Below are positions 27,736-36,998 of a stretch of 64,000 bases of DNA, one piece after another; the stretch's first letter is position 1; every line of letters begins with the position of its first letter. The notes under the pieces were generated by a model. That model was not told the origin of the DNA, did not search any database, and saw only the letters and a list, made by a program, of their open reading frames with translations. A program made the position numbers and the translations under genes. This DNA is from a virus (Duplodnaviria > Heunggongvirae > Uroviricota > Caudoviricetes): the IMG/VR virus record IMGVR_UViG_3300028887_000096, positions 19,562-83,561 of that record; one strand, 5' to 3'.

Positions 27736-27750
27736 TTTTGCTATATTTCC
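27736..27750 (+). promoter_or_regulatory. Promoter motif TTTTGCTATATTTCC
   Basis: Upstream of the inserted zinc-finger gene. Confidence 0.55.
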
Positions 27751-27781
27751 ATGAGAAGATAATTGATTTTCGGGGATACCT

Positions 27782-29692
27782 ATGGAGCTCAATTTCATTT
27801 GTAAAATTTGTAATAAGCCGTTTGGCAAAACCGGGTTGACTAATCACATCCAGCGCACCCATAAAATGTCATATAAGGAGTATTATGACACTTTCATTGA
27901 TGGAAGCGAGCACCTGTGTCCCTATTGCGGCAAAGAGTGTGGGTTTGTTAGCCATTATGGTTATTACGAAACTTGTTGTGATCCCACATGTGTCAGAAAG
28001 GCGCAGCACCGGACAATGTATGCTCGATATGGTAAGGCCTGTCGCCACCCAGACAAAATTAAGGCAAAACCAATTATTGACTATCCATACCATTGCGAAA
28101 TATGTGGTCAAGGCACAAAGAATTTGCCGATGCTGAATAGGCATCTGAAAAAATATCACCCTGATGTAGATATTGAAAACTACTATAATACATATCTGGG
28201 AGTTAAACCACAAGTATGTGAGGTATGCGGTGGCCGAGCAAAGTGGTTGGGAACGCATTACCATAATGTTTGTGGATGCCCGGAGTGTACTAGCGTATTG
28301 CGTGGCAAGAATAATGCAATGAATAACCCGGTCTACCGCAAAAAAGCGAGGGATGCGCTAATTGCATTGCCGGACGAAAAAAAGCGGGCAATTCGCGAAA
28401 AGGTGGAGCAAACTTGCTTGGCACGCTTTGGGTATCGGCATAATTGGAGTTCCCCCGAACTGCGTGAGGCTGGCCAGTACGCCACATGCAAGGCACTATA
28501 TGGCGATCGGAATTACCATAATGTTGCGCAAATGCAGAATACTTGCACAGAACGGTTTGGCGTTAGGTCGTTTTCACAGACTGTTTCGTTTCAATCAAAA
28601 ATGTGGCATAAATTCAAGGTGGGTGAAATTACATTTGACTCGTCGTATGAGTATGCACTATATAATTTCTTGAATGCCGCTAAATTGCCATTTATTTATC
28701 ATCCGAAGGAATCTATTCGTTATGAATATGCCGGTAAAGAACACATGTTCTTTCCAGATTTCAAAATAAATGGCCATTTTTACGAGGTTAAGGGCGAGCA
28801 CCTGTATAAATATATGCAGACCCCGAACACTAAGGAGCATGCGAAACTGGAGTGCATTTTAGCAAACAATATCACACTTATAACAAAATGCGATGTATTT
28901 GCGTTTATTGATGCCGTATTTGGAAAATCGTTGAGTATTGATGCTATCGTTGAGCAATGCTTGCATACCGAGTTCCCGGGCAATGCGAAATGGCCTGCAT
29001 CACATCCCATTTGGGATTGCTTTGTTCCCGGGCATACTGATCCCCGCACTGCATGGGCAGACCCGGTGTTGGTTCGTAAAGGTGTTCTTAATCTAGTAAA
29101 GACATTGAACGACGCTCTAATTTCTGGAAAATATCCGGCATTCTGCACAAGATATATCAAATCTCTGCTGAGTGGAAATTACTTTGATAAGGTCCTGGAT
29201 AGGTTTACTATTGCAAAGATCGCGCCGAAAGTAACTGCATTACACGAAACCGAACTGTTGCGAATTATTGAGGAATCCGGTGTAGATTTAAGCCCCGGTG
29301 TGTATTGCCCAATGGCTGGGTTTGGCGGCATAGTTCGCGGTGTCAGACGGTGGTTTGAAACTCGCGGTATGCGCGGAGATATTGAGGCCTATGACATCAA
29401 TGACCGGTTCTGTAATTGGTATGGGTGGACTAGGCGTGATGTTTTGGCACAGGTGGTGCACACGAACAAGGTGGTTGTTGTTTGCCCTCCGTTTGGAAAG
29501 CAGTATGAGCACTGGAAGGGAACACCGGACGAAATGTCGGATATTACATTTAAACAATGGGTTTCCTTGATTAAGGAGCATGTCATTGCACCGAATTACA
29601 TATTTATTGGCCCAGAAGTCGATGACGGCAAGAACCGTTGTGGCCTATTTAAACGAAAGGTTGGAATTTCATTATATAAGGATGGTATATGA
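27782..29692 (+). CDS. Multi-zinc-finger protein with C-terminal DNA-methyltransferase-like motifs; low-GC insertion between nrdD and nrdG
   Basis: C2H2-like units (CKICNKPFGKTGLTNHIQRTH, CEICGQGTKNLPMLNRHLKKYH). C-terminal MAGFGGIVRG (motif I-like) and VVVCPPFG (motif IV-like). GC is about 40%, against about 60% in the flanks. Own promoter motif and terminator. Confidence 0.6.
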   Translation: MELNFICKICNKPFGKTGLTNHIQRTHKMSYKEYYDTFIDGSEHLCPYCGKECGFVSHYGYYETCCDPTCVRKAQHRTMYARYGKACRHPDKIKAKPIIDYPYHCEICGQGTKNLPMLNRHLKKYHPDVDIENYYNTYLGVKPQVCEVCGGRAKWLGTHYHNVCGCPECTSVLRGKNNAMNNPVYRKKARDALIALPDEKKRAIREKVEQTCLARFGYRHNWSSPELREAGQYATCKALYGDRNYHNVAQMQNTCTERFGVRSFSQTVSFQSKMWHKFKVGEITFDSSYEYALYNFLNAAKLPFIYHPKESIRYEYAGKEHMFFPDFKINGHFYEVKGEHLYKYMQTPNTKEHAKLECILANNITLITKCDVFAFIDAVFGKSLSIDAIVEQCLHTEFPGNAKWPASHPIWDCFVPGHTDPRTAWADPVLVRKGVLNLVKTLNDALISGKYPAFCTRYIKSLLSGNYFDKVLDRFTIAKIAPKVTALHETELLRIIEESGVDLSPGVYCPMAGFGGIVRGVRRWFETRGMRGDIEAYDINDRFCNWYGWTRRDVLAQVVHTNKVVVVCPPFGKQYEHWKGTPDEMSDITFKQWVSLIKEHVIAPNYIFIGPEVDDGKNRCGLFKRKVGISLYKDGI

Positions 29693-30222
29693 ACTTTTCA
29701 AAGATTGATCCGATGTCCATAGTGGACGGCGAAGGCTGCCGCGTGACGCTGTTCGTGTCAGGCTGCCGGAACCATTGTCCCGGGTGCTTCAACGAGGCTA
29801 CGTGGGACTTCTCATACGGCAAGGAGTTCACCGAAATCGAGGCTAACGAGATTATCGAGGCATGCCGGAAGCCCTATATCGCGGGCATTACAGTCCTCGG
29901 CGGCGAACCGATGGAGGAGGAGAACCAGCCGGCCGTGCTCGAACTTCTCAGGAAGTTCAGGGCGGAGCTCCCGGAGAAGAACATCTGGCTCTATACCGGC
30001 TACGTGATGGAGCGCGACCTCTATCCGGGCGGAAGGAAGCATGTGCCTGGCGTTACCGGGGAAATCCTGAAACTGGCCGACGTGCTCGTTGACGGCCCGT
30101 TCATCCAACAAAAACGGGACCTCGCACTGAGGTTCCGTGGAAGTTCCAACCAGCGCATCCTCCGCAAGAAGGATGGCCGCTTTGTGGAAGACGCTACCAG
30201 TTCGATTCCGACTCGAGTCTGA
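29689..30222 (+). CDS. nrdG: Anaerobic RNR activating protein NrdG (radical SAM)
   Basis: GCRNHCPGC cluster. Small glycyl-radical activase architecture. Confidence 0.8.
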   Translation: MNFSKIDPMSIVDGEGCRVTLFVSGCRNHCPGCFNEATWDFSYGKEFTEIEANEIIEACRKPYIAGITVLGGEPMEEENQPAVLELLRKFRAELPEKNIWLYTGYVMERDLYPGGRKHVPGVTGEILKLADVLVDGPFIQQKRDLALRFRGSSNQRILRKKDGRFVEDATSSIPTRV

Positions 30223-30889
30223 GACCGCCTGGAACGTTACATAACGGGGAGTTGTCCTGGACCGACACCTTGACACCTGCATCGAACGCAGCCTTCCTCT
30301 CGTCGTAGGACATCCTCCTGCGACGTTTTTTGCTGTACGCGGGTCGTCTATCCTGCGGTTTGGCTTCGAATGATAGGCCCGGTTCCAATGAAACTCCGCA
30401 AAATGCGGCATTGTACCCATACGGGTTCACCGATGCCTCGTTTTTGATGTCGTTTACCAGGTCGCCGAGGTCTCGTTGCATCCTTTTCAGTTTCTCGAGC
30501 GTGTTCGGGGAGGCGTATTTGCCTTCGAACGATTTGATTTCAGCATACCGGTTGGCCAGGTCCTTCCAGTATTTCGGCATCATTGAATACGGGACCAGTT
30601 CCCCGGTCAAGCCATATACGGCATCCCGGATTGCGTCGAAATCTGTCTCGTATGGGGTGACTTCCGGCTCGGCGATCTTGATTTCCTTGTCTGGCGCCGA
30701 GGAAACCTCCATGTCGAGTTCCTTGTGCCTGCGTTCCAGTCGGCCCAGCCTGGATTCGAGAAACAGCTTGGTGGTCTTTGCCGCGTCGTTGCCGGAGAGC
30801 TGGACTATGTTGTCCCGCGTCCTGGCGATTTCGACGGAATATTTTTCTTTTAACGAGCTTAAATAGGCTTCCCGGGCGTGTGTCTGCAT
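30194..30889 (-). CDS. Hypothetical protein
   Basis: Promoter motif (minus orientation) 17 nt upstream. Its 3' end overlaps the nrdG stop region. Confidence 0.55.
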   Translation of the reverse strand: MQTHAREAYLSSLKEKYSVEIARTRDNIVQLSGNDAAKTTKLFLESRLGRLERRHKELDMEVSSAPDKEIKIAEPEVTPYETDFDAIRDAVYGLTGELVPYSMMPKYWKDLANRYAEIKSFEGKYASPNTLEKLKRMQRDLGDLVNDIKNEASVNPYGYNAAFCGVSLEPGLSFEAKPQDRRPAYSKKRRRRMSYDERKAAFDAGVKVSVQDNSPLCNVPGGLRLESESNW

Positions 30890-30906
30890 TTGCGTATCTC
30901 CTACAC

Positions 30907-30957
30907 AAAATATAGCAATTTCGGGCCAGTTTTCCTATCTTGAATTTTGCTATATTT
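30907..30957. promoter_or_regulatory. Divergent promoter pair (AAAATATAGCAA ... TTTTGCTATATTTC)
   Basis: Serves the minus gene starting at 30889 and the plus gene at 30963. Confidence 0.6.
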
Positions 30958-30962
30958 CACGC

Positions 30963-31241
30963 ATGCGAGCCGACAAAGTGTTATTCTATCTAGTCAAGCG
31001 TAACTCGGACGGGCTATACCTGGTGGATAGCGGCACGTGCACGTTCGGTAAGTTTTACATGGGGCATACCGCGTCTTCGCGGACACGGGGCGACGCAGAC
31101 CTTCTCGTCGACCGTATCATGAAGCGCAGGGGGATGAACCGTGACGAACTTTCCGTGGTTGCTGTCGGGGAGCTAGACACTTCAACAAAAGAGGACAATC
31201 AATGTCTATCCCACTCATCTGTATCATTGCCGGAGCAGTAA
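30963..31241 (+). CDS. Hypothetical small protein
   Basis: Promoter motif ends 5 nt before the ATG. Overlaps the flotillin gene start. Confidence 0.45.
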   Translation: MRADKVLFYLVKRNSDGLYLVDSGTCTFGKFYMGHTASSRTRGDADLLVDRIMKRRGMNRDELSVVAVGELDTSTKEDNQCLSHSSVSLPEQ

Positions 31242-32860
31242 TCCTGGCAATCATTTTCATGGTCGGCTACGTCAAGGCACCGCCTGACAAGGCATTTATC
31301 ATTTCCGGTTGGCGTGAAAAACCGAAGGTCCTCGTGGGCCGCGCCGGCTTCCGCATCCCGTTCATCGAACGACTTGACATCGTTGACTTGAAGATCATGA
31401 CCATCCTCATCAACAAGACCGATCCGGTCCCGACCATCGACTGCATGTTCGTCAAGGTTGATGCGGTTGCTACGGCAAAGGTTGATGCGACCGCGGAACA
31501 TATTGCAATCGCCGCACAGAACTTCCTTAACATGGAATCCGGCGATACGAGCAAGATTAGTGACAAGTCCGAATTTTCGTCCAGGAAGGTCAATAGCAGC
31601 ATCGCGAGCATGATTGACAATATTTTGGATGGTTCGCTGCGTGAAGTTATCGGCCAGATCAAGATTGAGGACCTCGTCAGCAAGCGCGATGAAATCACCC
31701 GCCTCGTGAACGCAAGTGCAACCAAGGACCTCCAAAAGCTCGGCATCCGTCTCGATACCTTCAACATCCAGAAGTTCGACGACGAATACATCGACGGCGA
31801 AGGTGTCAAGCACAGCATGATCAAGGAACTCGGTACGGAACGCGCCACGGCCATTCTTAAGACAGCCGCCAACGCAAGGGCAGCTGCGGATGCGGACATC
31901 CGTATCGCAAAGGCCGAAGCCGACAAGCGTGCAAACGATGTCGAAGTCGAAAACGGTCTTGCCATTGCCAAGCGCCAGAACGACCTCGAAGTCAAGAAGC
32001 ACGAACTCGCCCAGATTGAACAGACTAAGAAGGCCGATGCAGACACCGCTTACGAAATCAAGCTGAAACAGCAGCAGAAGCTCATCAACATCGCCGACGC
32101 GGAAGCGAACATCGCGGCGGAAGAAAAGAATATCGAGCTCAGCGAACGCAAGGTGTCTGTCCGCGAACGTGAACTCCAGGCCGAAATCGAAAAGAAGGCC
32201 GAAGCCAACTACAAGGCACAGATCCACGATTCCGACGCTGCCTACTATAAGGCACAGAAGGACGCCGATGCCGAACTTTACAAGGCAAAGACGGACGCCG
32301 AAGCCGACCTTTATCGCCGCTCCAAGGATGCAGACGCAGGCCTCGTCCAGCGCCAGAAGTCCGCTGAAGGTGACCTCTACGACCAGGAACAGAAGGCAAA
32401 GGGTATCACCGCAATCGCAGACGCAAACCTCCACAAGGCAACCAACGAAGCCAACGCAATCAAGGCAACCGGTCTCGCCGAAGCTGACGCAATCAAGGCC
32501 AAGGGTCTTGCCGAAGCCGAAGCAATCGACAAGAAGGCCGACGCCATGAACAAGTATGGCGAAGCCCCGATTACCGAAATGCGCATCAAGGCCACGGAAA
32601 AGTTCTTCGAACAGCTCCCGGCAATGACCGCTGCAGCCGCAAAGCCGATGGAAAAGATTGGCAACATCACCATCTACGACGGCGGTCCGGCAAAGCTCAC
32701 CGAAAGCGTCACCAAGACCATCAAGCAGGTCTCGGACGGCCTTACGGATTCGCTCGGGTTCAGCCTTCCCAATGCGGTCAACAGCCTTCTCGGCGGTGCT
32801 CTTGCCGGCAAGATGATTGGCAAGGGCATGCAGGAGGCCCAGCAGGACCAGGCCCAGTAG
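31202..32860 (+). CDS. Flotillin-like SPFH/band-7 protein
   Basis: N-terminal TM, SPFH-like region, long Ala/Glu/Lys coiled-coil repeats (AEAD..KAKTDAEADLY) typical of FloT/YqiK. Confidence 0.7.
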   Translation: MSIPLICIIAGAVILAIIFMVGYVKAPPDKAFIISGWREKPKVLVGRAGFRIPFIERLDIVDLKIMTILINKTDPVPTIDCMFVKVDAVATAKVDATAEHIAIAAQNFLNMESGDTSKISDKSEFSSRKVNSSIASMIDNILDGSLREVIGQIKIEDLVSKRDEITRLVNASATKDLQKLGIRLDTFNIQKFDDEYIDGEGVKHSMIKELGTERATAILKTAANARAAADADIRIAKAEADKRANDVEVENGLAIAKRQNDLEVKKHELAQIEQTKKADADTAYEIKLKQQQKLINIADAEANIAAEEKNIELSERKVSVRERELQAEIEKKAEANYKAQIHDSDAAYYKAQKDADAELYKAKTDAEADLYRRSKDADAGLVQRQKSAEGDLYDQEQKAKGITAIADANLHKATNEANAIKATGLAEADAIKAKGLAEAEAIDKKADAMNKYGEAPITEMRIKATEKFFEQLPAMTAAAAKPMEKIGNITIYDGGPAKLTESVTKTIKQVSDGLTDSLGFSLPNAVNSLLGGALAGKMIGKGMQEAQQDQAQ

Positions 32861-32973
32861 GCGCTCTCCCAGGAAAACGTCAAGCAGCTCGCCGGCGCCG
32901 TGCTCGATGCAGTCCAGCAGCCCAGGCAAGACGCTACGCCCAAGAACCCCTGGTAACAACTAACCAAGAAACC

Positions 32974-33010
32974 CGGCCGCGGGGCAATTCCGTCCCGCGG
33001 CTTTCTTTTG
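32974..33010 (+). terminator. Rho-independent terminator
   Basis: GCCGCGGG...CCCGCGGC hairpin followed by TTTCTTTT. Confidence 0.55.
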
Positions 33011-33020
33011 GAATTTGAAA

Positions 33021-33824
33021 ATGTCCTATTCGCTGTTTTTCGGTGACTGTCTGGAGGAGATGAAGAAGCTCGCCCCCAAGTCGGTCGATATGATCCTATG
33101 TGACCTCCCCTACGGCGTCACGCACAACCCGCACGACAAGCGTATTGCCTTCGCGCCCCTATGGGAACAGTATGAACGCGTCATCAAGGACGACGGGGCA
33201 ATCGTCCTGTTCGCCCAGGGCCTGTTCTACGTTGACCTGGTGCAGTCCAAGCGCAAGCTGTTCCGCTACGACCTGGTCTGGAACAAGAAACTCGTCACCG
33301 GGTTCCTGAACGCCAAGCGCATGCCTCTCCGCTCCCACGAGCAGCTCGCCGTGTTCTACAAGACCATGCCGAAGTTCCACCCGCAGTTCCATGAAGGGAA
33401 GCCCCTCCACGGCCGCGGCAAGTCCTACATGTCTAAGGACATGGTGAACAACAACTACGGCAAGTTCAAGGCCACGGACGACGTCCGCAAGGGTAGCACC
33501 CAGAAATACCCGGTGTCCATCATCGACATCCCGAAACCGCACCCGTCCAAGTCCGAACACCGCACGGAAAAGCCCGTGGAACTTCTTTCCTGGCTTATCC
33601 GTTCCTACACGGAACCGGGCGATGTCGTCCTTGACAACTGCATGGGATGCGGCAGTACAGGCCTTGCCGCGCTGAAGGAAGGACGCACGTTCATCGGCAT
33701 GGAAATCGACAAGGAATACTTCGAGATTGCCTGGACACGCATTACCAAGCTGGCTGCCGACATGAACAAGGGCGACTTCCACGATGGCATCAAGACTGTC
33801 TTCAAGGAGGAAGCCGATGAGTAG
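33021..33824 (+). CDS. DNA methyltransferase, beta-class (motif IV DLPYG before motif I CMGCGSTG)
   Basis: Motif order IV then I, characteristic of N4C/N6A beta-class methyltransferases. ATG at 33021. Confidence 0.7.
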   Translation: MSYSLFFGDCLEEMKKLAPKSVDMILCDLPYGVTHNPHDKRIAFAPLWEQYERVIKDDGAIVLFAQGLFYVDLVQSKRKLFRYDLVWNKKLVTGFLNAKRMPLRSHEQLAVFYKTMPKFHPQFHEGKPLHGRGKSYMSKDMVNNNYGKFKATDDVRKGSTQKYPVSIIDIPKPHPSKSEHRTEKPVELLSWLIRSYTEPGDVVLDNCMGCGSTGLAALKEGRTFIGMEIDKEYFEIAWTRITKLAADMNKGDFHDGIKTVFKEEADE

Positions 33825-35103
33825 TAAAGCTGACATGGAACTGATGGAACCGAATAATTCCGTCGGGTTTCCCGTTCGTGCAGAAAAGTTTGCGAATGAA
33901 TGGGTTGCCAGGTTCCCATTCAGGGAGCGGTTCGGCATCCGCATGCAGGGATTAGACATCGACACCAAGGTGTTTGACCGCCGGGTACCCATTCTCTACC
34001 GCGAGCGCAAGCAGGAAGTCATGGATGCGCTCGGGTTCACCATGATTAGCCACATGCAGAAAGATACCTACGATTTTTGGAGCACGAGCTACCCGCAAGT
34101 GGATGTGGTCGAGGACATGGTCAAGAATGCGTTTTCCAGGACGGATGGCTACCCGGACCGGCTCACGTCGGCAATCAGGACGCTCAATCCCGATTGGGAA
34201 TATGGCCAGCCGACCAATGCGGTAGGCGTCCTGTTTACCGGAGGCCTGGACAGCACGGCGCTAGTCCTCAAGAACCTGGACGAGGGAAAGGTCGTCTTAC
34301 CGATTTACAACTGGATTAACTCCGAGTTTAAAGTTGCCCCGATACTCGCATATACGATGCTTGCCGCAATATCGAAGACCTACAAGGGCCCGGGCATCCT
34401 GATGCCTATGTATCGTGGCATCAATTTCCCTGCCGGGACGTGTAACTATGGCGGCAAGTTCGAGGGTTTCATCCAGCAGCCGGTCAATACGTTCAGCCTT
34501 GCCTACATCAACCCGCAAATCACGTCCCTGCTGGACGAGGTGCAGATGGGAATTGTCAAGGGGGACCAGTCCGAGACGTTCATCGAGGACATGCGGAAAC
34601 TTTATGACGGCACGTTTGCGCTCAGTCACCTGTACGGAAACCATGCACCGGAGTTCGAGAGCCAGGTTGCCCGCAAGCCGTCCTATACGTTCCCGCTCAT
34701 CAAGTGGGACAAGGCCATGGTTACCGAGTTCGTGGAGAAGCACGGCTTGGGCGGTCTCCCGCTCAGCTGCGAAGCGCCCTCGATTGCCTGCACGGTGTAT
34801 GCCAAGTTCACCGATGAGGAACGTGCGATAATCTACGGGCCCAGCGGGGACATGGCGATCAAGAGCGTCTTTGCCGGTCCTCGCCAGTGGTTGCTCCATG
34901 TGGTAATTTGCGACTGCGATGATTGCCATTCCTGCGGGAGAAGCCGCAATGAGGGCTATAATACGCGTGCAGTCTCGTTGCAATTCGGCATGGAAACCCT
35001 GGGCGGGGACGATATTGACCCGGCGTTCATTGACTACGGGGACATAATTAGGCCTGGCGTCACAATACGCAACGATGTCATGGTCCCGCACCTGTACAAA
35101 TAA
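33817..35103 (+). CDS. PP-loop ATP pyrophosphatase, QueC-like, with extra N-terminal domain
   Basis: VLFTGGLDSTALV (SGGxDS PP-loop) and C-terminal CDCDDCHSC cysteine cluster. Start overlaps the methyltransferase stop (GATGAGTAG). Confidence 0.55.
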   Translation: MSSKADMELMEPNNSVGFPVRAEKFANEWVARFPFRERFGIRMQGLDIDTKVFDRRVPILYRERKQEVMDALGFTMISHMQKDTYDFWSTSYPQVDVVEDMVKNAFSRTDGYPDRLTSAIRTLNPDWEYGQPTNAVGVLFTGGLDSTALVLKNLDEGKVVLPIYNWINSEFKVAPILAYTMLAAISKTYKGPGILMPMYRGINFPAGTCNYGGKFEGFIQQPVNTFSLAYINPQITSLLDEVQMGIVKGDQSETFIEDMRKLYDGTFALSHLYGNHAPEFESQVARKPSYTFPLIKWDKAMVTEFVEKHGLGGLPLSCEAPSIACTVYAKFTDEERAIIYGPSGDMAIKSVFAGPRQWLLHVVICDCDDCHSCGRSRNEGYNTRAVSLQFGMETLGGDDIDPAFIDYGDIIRPGVTIRNDVMVPHLYK

Positions 35104-35110
35104 AACAAAG

Positions 35111-35138
35111 ACGCCGCAGGAAACTGCGGCGTTTTTCG
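35111..35138. terminator. Bidirectional rho-independent terminator
   Basis: ACGCCGCAG-GAAA-CTGCGGCGT with T-runs on both sides. Confidence 0.7.
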
Positions 35139-35163
35139 TTCCGGCACCCGGAATGACTTTTGG

Positions 35164-35541
35164 TTACCATTCGACGATGAAGCGGGTCTCGAGAAAGCGC
35201 TTCTCGAATTCCTTCTTCTGCTGTACGCGCGGGTCAGATGCCGCATTGTCGAGGGTGATGATGTTGGACGGCTTGTCTTCCGTGACCTTGAACCCGTTGT
35301 CCTTGAGCTTCTGGATGAGGTCATGCTGCATCTGGTACATCTCGTTCACGCGGATGTCGTCCGCCTTCTGGCCGGCACCGGCGAACTGCATCTCGAAGAA
35401 GTTCTTCTTCATGATGTCGACGGGGCAGCCGCGGACGCCTGCCGCAAGAGTCATTCGTTCAAATTCCTGAAGGTGGGTCTTGTAAACGCGTTCGATTGCC
35501 GGGAGATTGGCAAGTTCTGCAAGTCTTTCTGCGTCGTTCAT
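35164..35541 (-). CDS. Hypothetical protein
   Basis: Start reassigned to ATG MNDAERLAE. Confidence 0.5.
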   Translation of the reverse strand: MNDAERLAELANLPAIERVYKTHLQEFERMTLAAGVRGCPVDIMKKNFFEMQFAGAGQKADDIRVNEMYQMQHDLIQKLKDNGFKVTEDKPSNIITLDNAASDPRVQQKKEFEKRFLETRFIVEW

Positions 35542-35788
35542 GATGTCTCCGTATAAAAGGGGTGGCAGTTTTCCGTTACCGGGTTTGATCATCCCGAGGC
35601 TGCCAACTCGTCCGGCTTACGATCCGGCCACTACGTGACGCACAGTTTGCACGTCCGACCGCGCAGACGATTTCGCTACCAGGGGAGGAGCTAATGCCTG
35701 CCGTCTTAGGTTCGGTGGGATGTTTCGGTCCGCTCTAGAAACGGCTGTGACATTAAATATACAAAAATGCCGGCGCCGGTCCAAGCGA

Positions 35789-35959
35789 TTAACGCCTTTT
35801 CTTCCGGTTGAGGAACCGGAGCTGGAAGTAGTCGCCCTTGTAGCCGCATTCGACTACGCTGTCGGAAAGGTCCGGGATGACGACTTCGGGGATGAACGGG
35901 CGGATGAACGTATCAACCAGGCGTGCTCGTAAGGATTTGCGTTTGATGTGTTTGCTCAT
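35789..35959 (-). CDS. Small basic protein (56 aa), not in ORF track
   Basis: My own translation. GC3 codons. An AACCTAGTTT motif lies immediately upstream. Confidence 0.35.
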   Translation of the reverse strand: MSKHIKRKSLRARLVDTFIRPFIPEVVIPDLSDSVVECGYKGDYFQLRFLNRKKRR

Positions 35960-36014
35960 GCGATGAAACTAGGTTATCCGGCAGGAAAAATGTATATTTG
36001 GGACGGAGGCATAT

Positions 36015-36998
36015 ATGCGAACACTTCAAGCATTTCAACGCGAATACTACAGGTTCTGCCATGACGACCGCACCCCGTTCGAGCGGGACGGCATGCGCCT
36101 GTTGCCGGTGGACATCAAGCGGGATGAGAAAAACTTTACGCCGCACGGCATGCTGGTCGGGAACGGGCCGATTGCCGGCAAGAAGACCGAGGTCAAGGTG
36201 GCACAGGTCTGTGCACTCGTCCCGGCGCTCGCCATGCCCGTAGTGGTGAAGACCGAGGACGGCAAGCAGGAGTTCTATTCCGACTGTGCGGAAATACTGC
36301 CGAAATGGGAACTCGACACGTTCGCCGAGCGGATGGTCAAGGAGTTCGGTGACCCGAAGAAGGGCGACTTCGACGGACTGTTCGAGTTCAACATGACGAC
36401 CATCCGGTATGTCGGCCCGGGCGCCGCGAGCGACATGCACACAAGGGGCTGGACGCTTGACATCGCCGGGCACAAAGGCATGTTCACCGACATTGTCGGG
36501 AAGGATGGCGGTAGCCACCTGTTCCGTCTTTCATACGGCGAGAACAAGCACAGGGAGTGGGCGGATGTTACCGATGCCGACGTGGAGAGGGTGGTTTCCC
36601 AGCTGCGCGAGTTCATCAAGGTCCATACCGGGAAATGGAACGCCAAGCGCATATACACCCACCTGGACGACACGCTCGGCGAGTTCTTCGTAATCAACGA
36701 AGACGGGGTCGCGTTCATTCCGGCAATCCGCCTTGCACTGGCCAGGCGCAAGTCCCTTGCCTCCCCGGTGATCGTGAGCGCGAGCGGTTTTGCCGTCGTT
36801 CCCTGCGACAAGAACGGGGAGAACGAGAACGCGATAGTCGGCGTCGAACTGGACAAGTTCTGCGATGCCGACTACATCGCACTGTTCAACTACGTAAAGA
36901 ATACGCTGGCGACCGCATTCGCCTACCTTGCCGCCACAATAAAAAGAAACGAGCCGACCATTGATAGTCAGCTCGTCAAGCAAGAGGCCAAGGACTAG
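36015..36998 (+). CDS. Hypothetical protein
   Basis: Protein-like composition. TGTATATTTGG about 17 nt upstream. Confidence 0.6.
   Translation: MRTLQAFQREYYRFCHDDRTPFERDGMRLLPVDIKRDEKNFTPHGMLVGNGPIAGKKTEVKVAQVCALVPALAMPVVVKTEDGKQEFYSDCAEILPKWELDTFAERMVKEFGDPKKGDFDGLFEFNMTTIRYVGPGAASDMHTRGWTLDIAGHKGMFTDIVGKDGGSHLFRLSYGENKHREWADVTDADVERVVSQLREFIKVHTGKWNAKRIYTHLDDTLGEFFVINEDGVAFIPAIRLALARRKSLASPVIVSASGFAVVPCDKNGENENAIVGVELDKFCDADYIALFNYVKNTLATAFAYLAATIKRNEPTIDSQLVKQEAKD

Noticed and set aside
31199-32959. 586-aa minus-strand ORF opposite the flotillin gene
   Set aside because: Shadow of the GC-rich repeat-encoding region. Low-complexity product.
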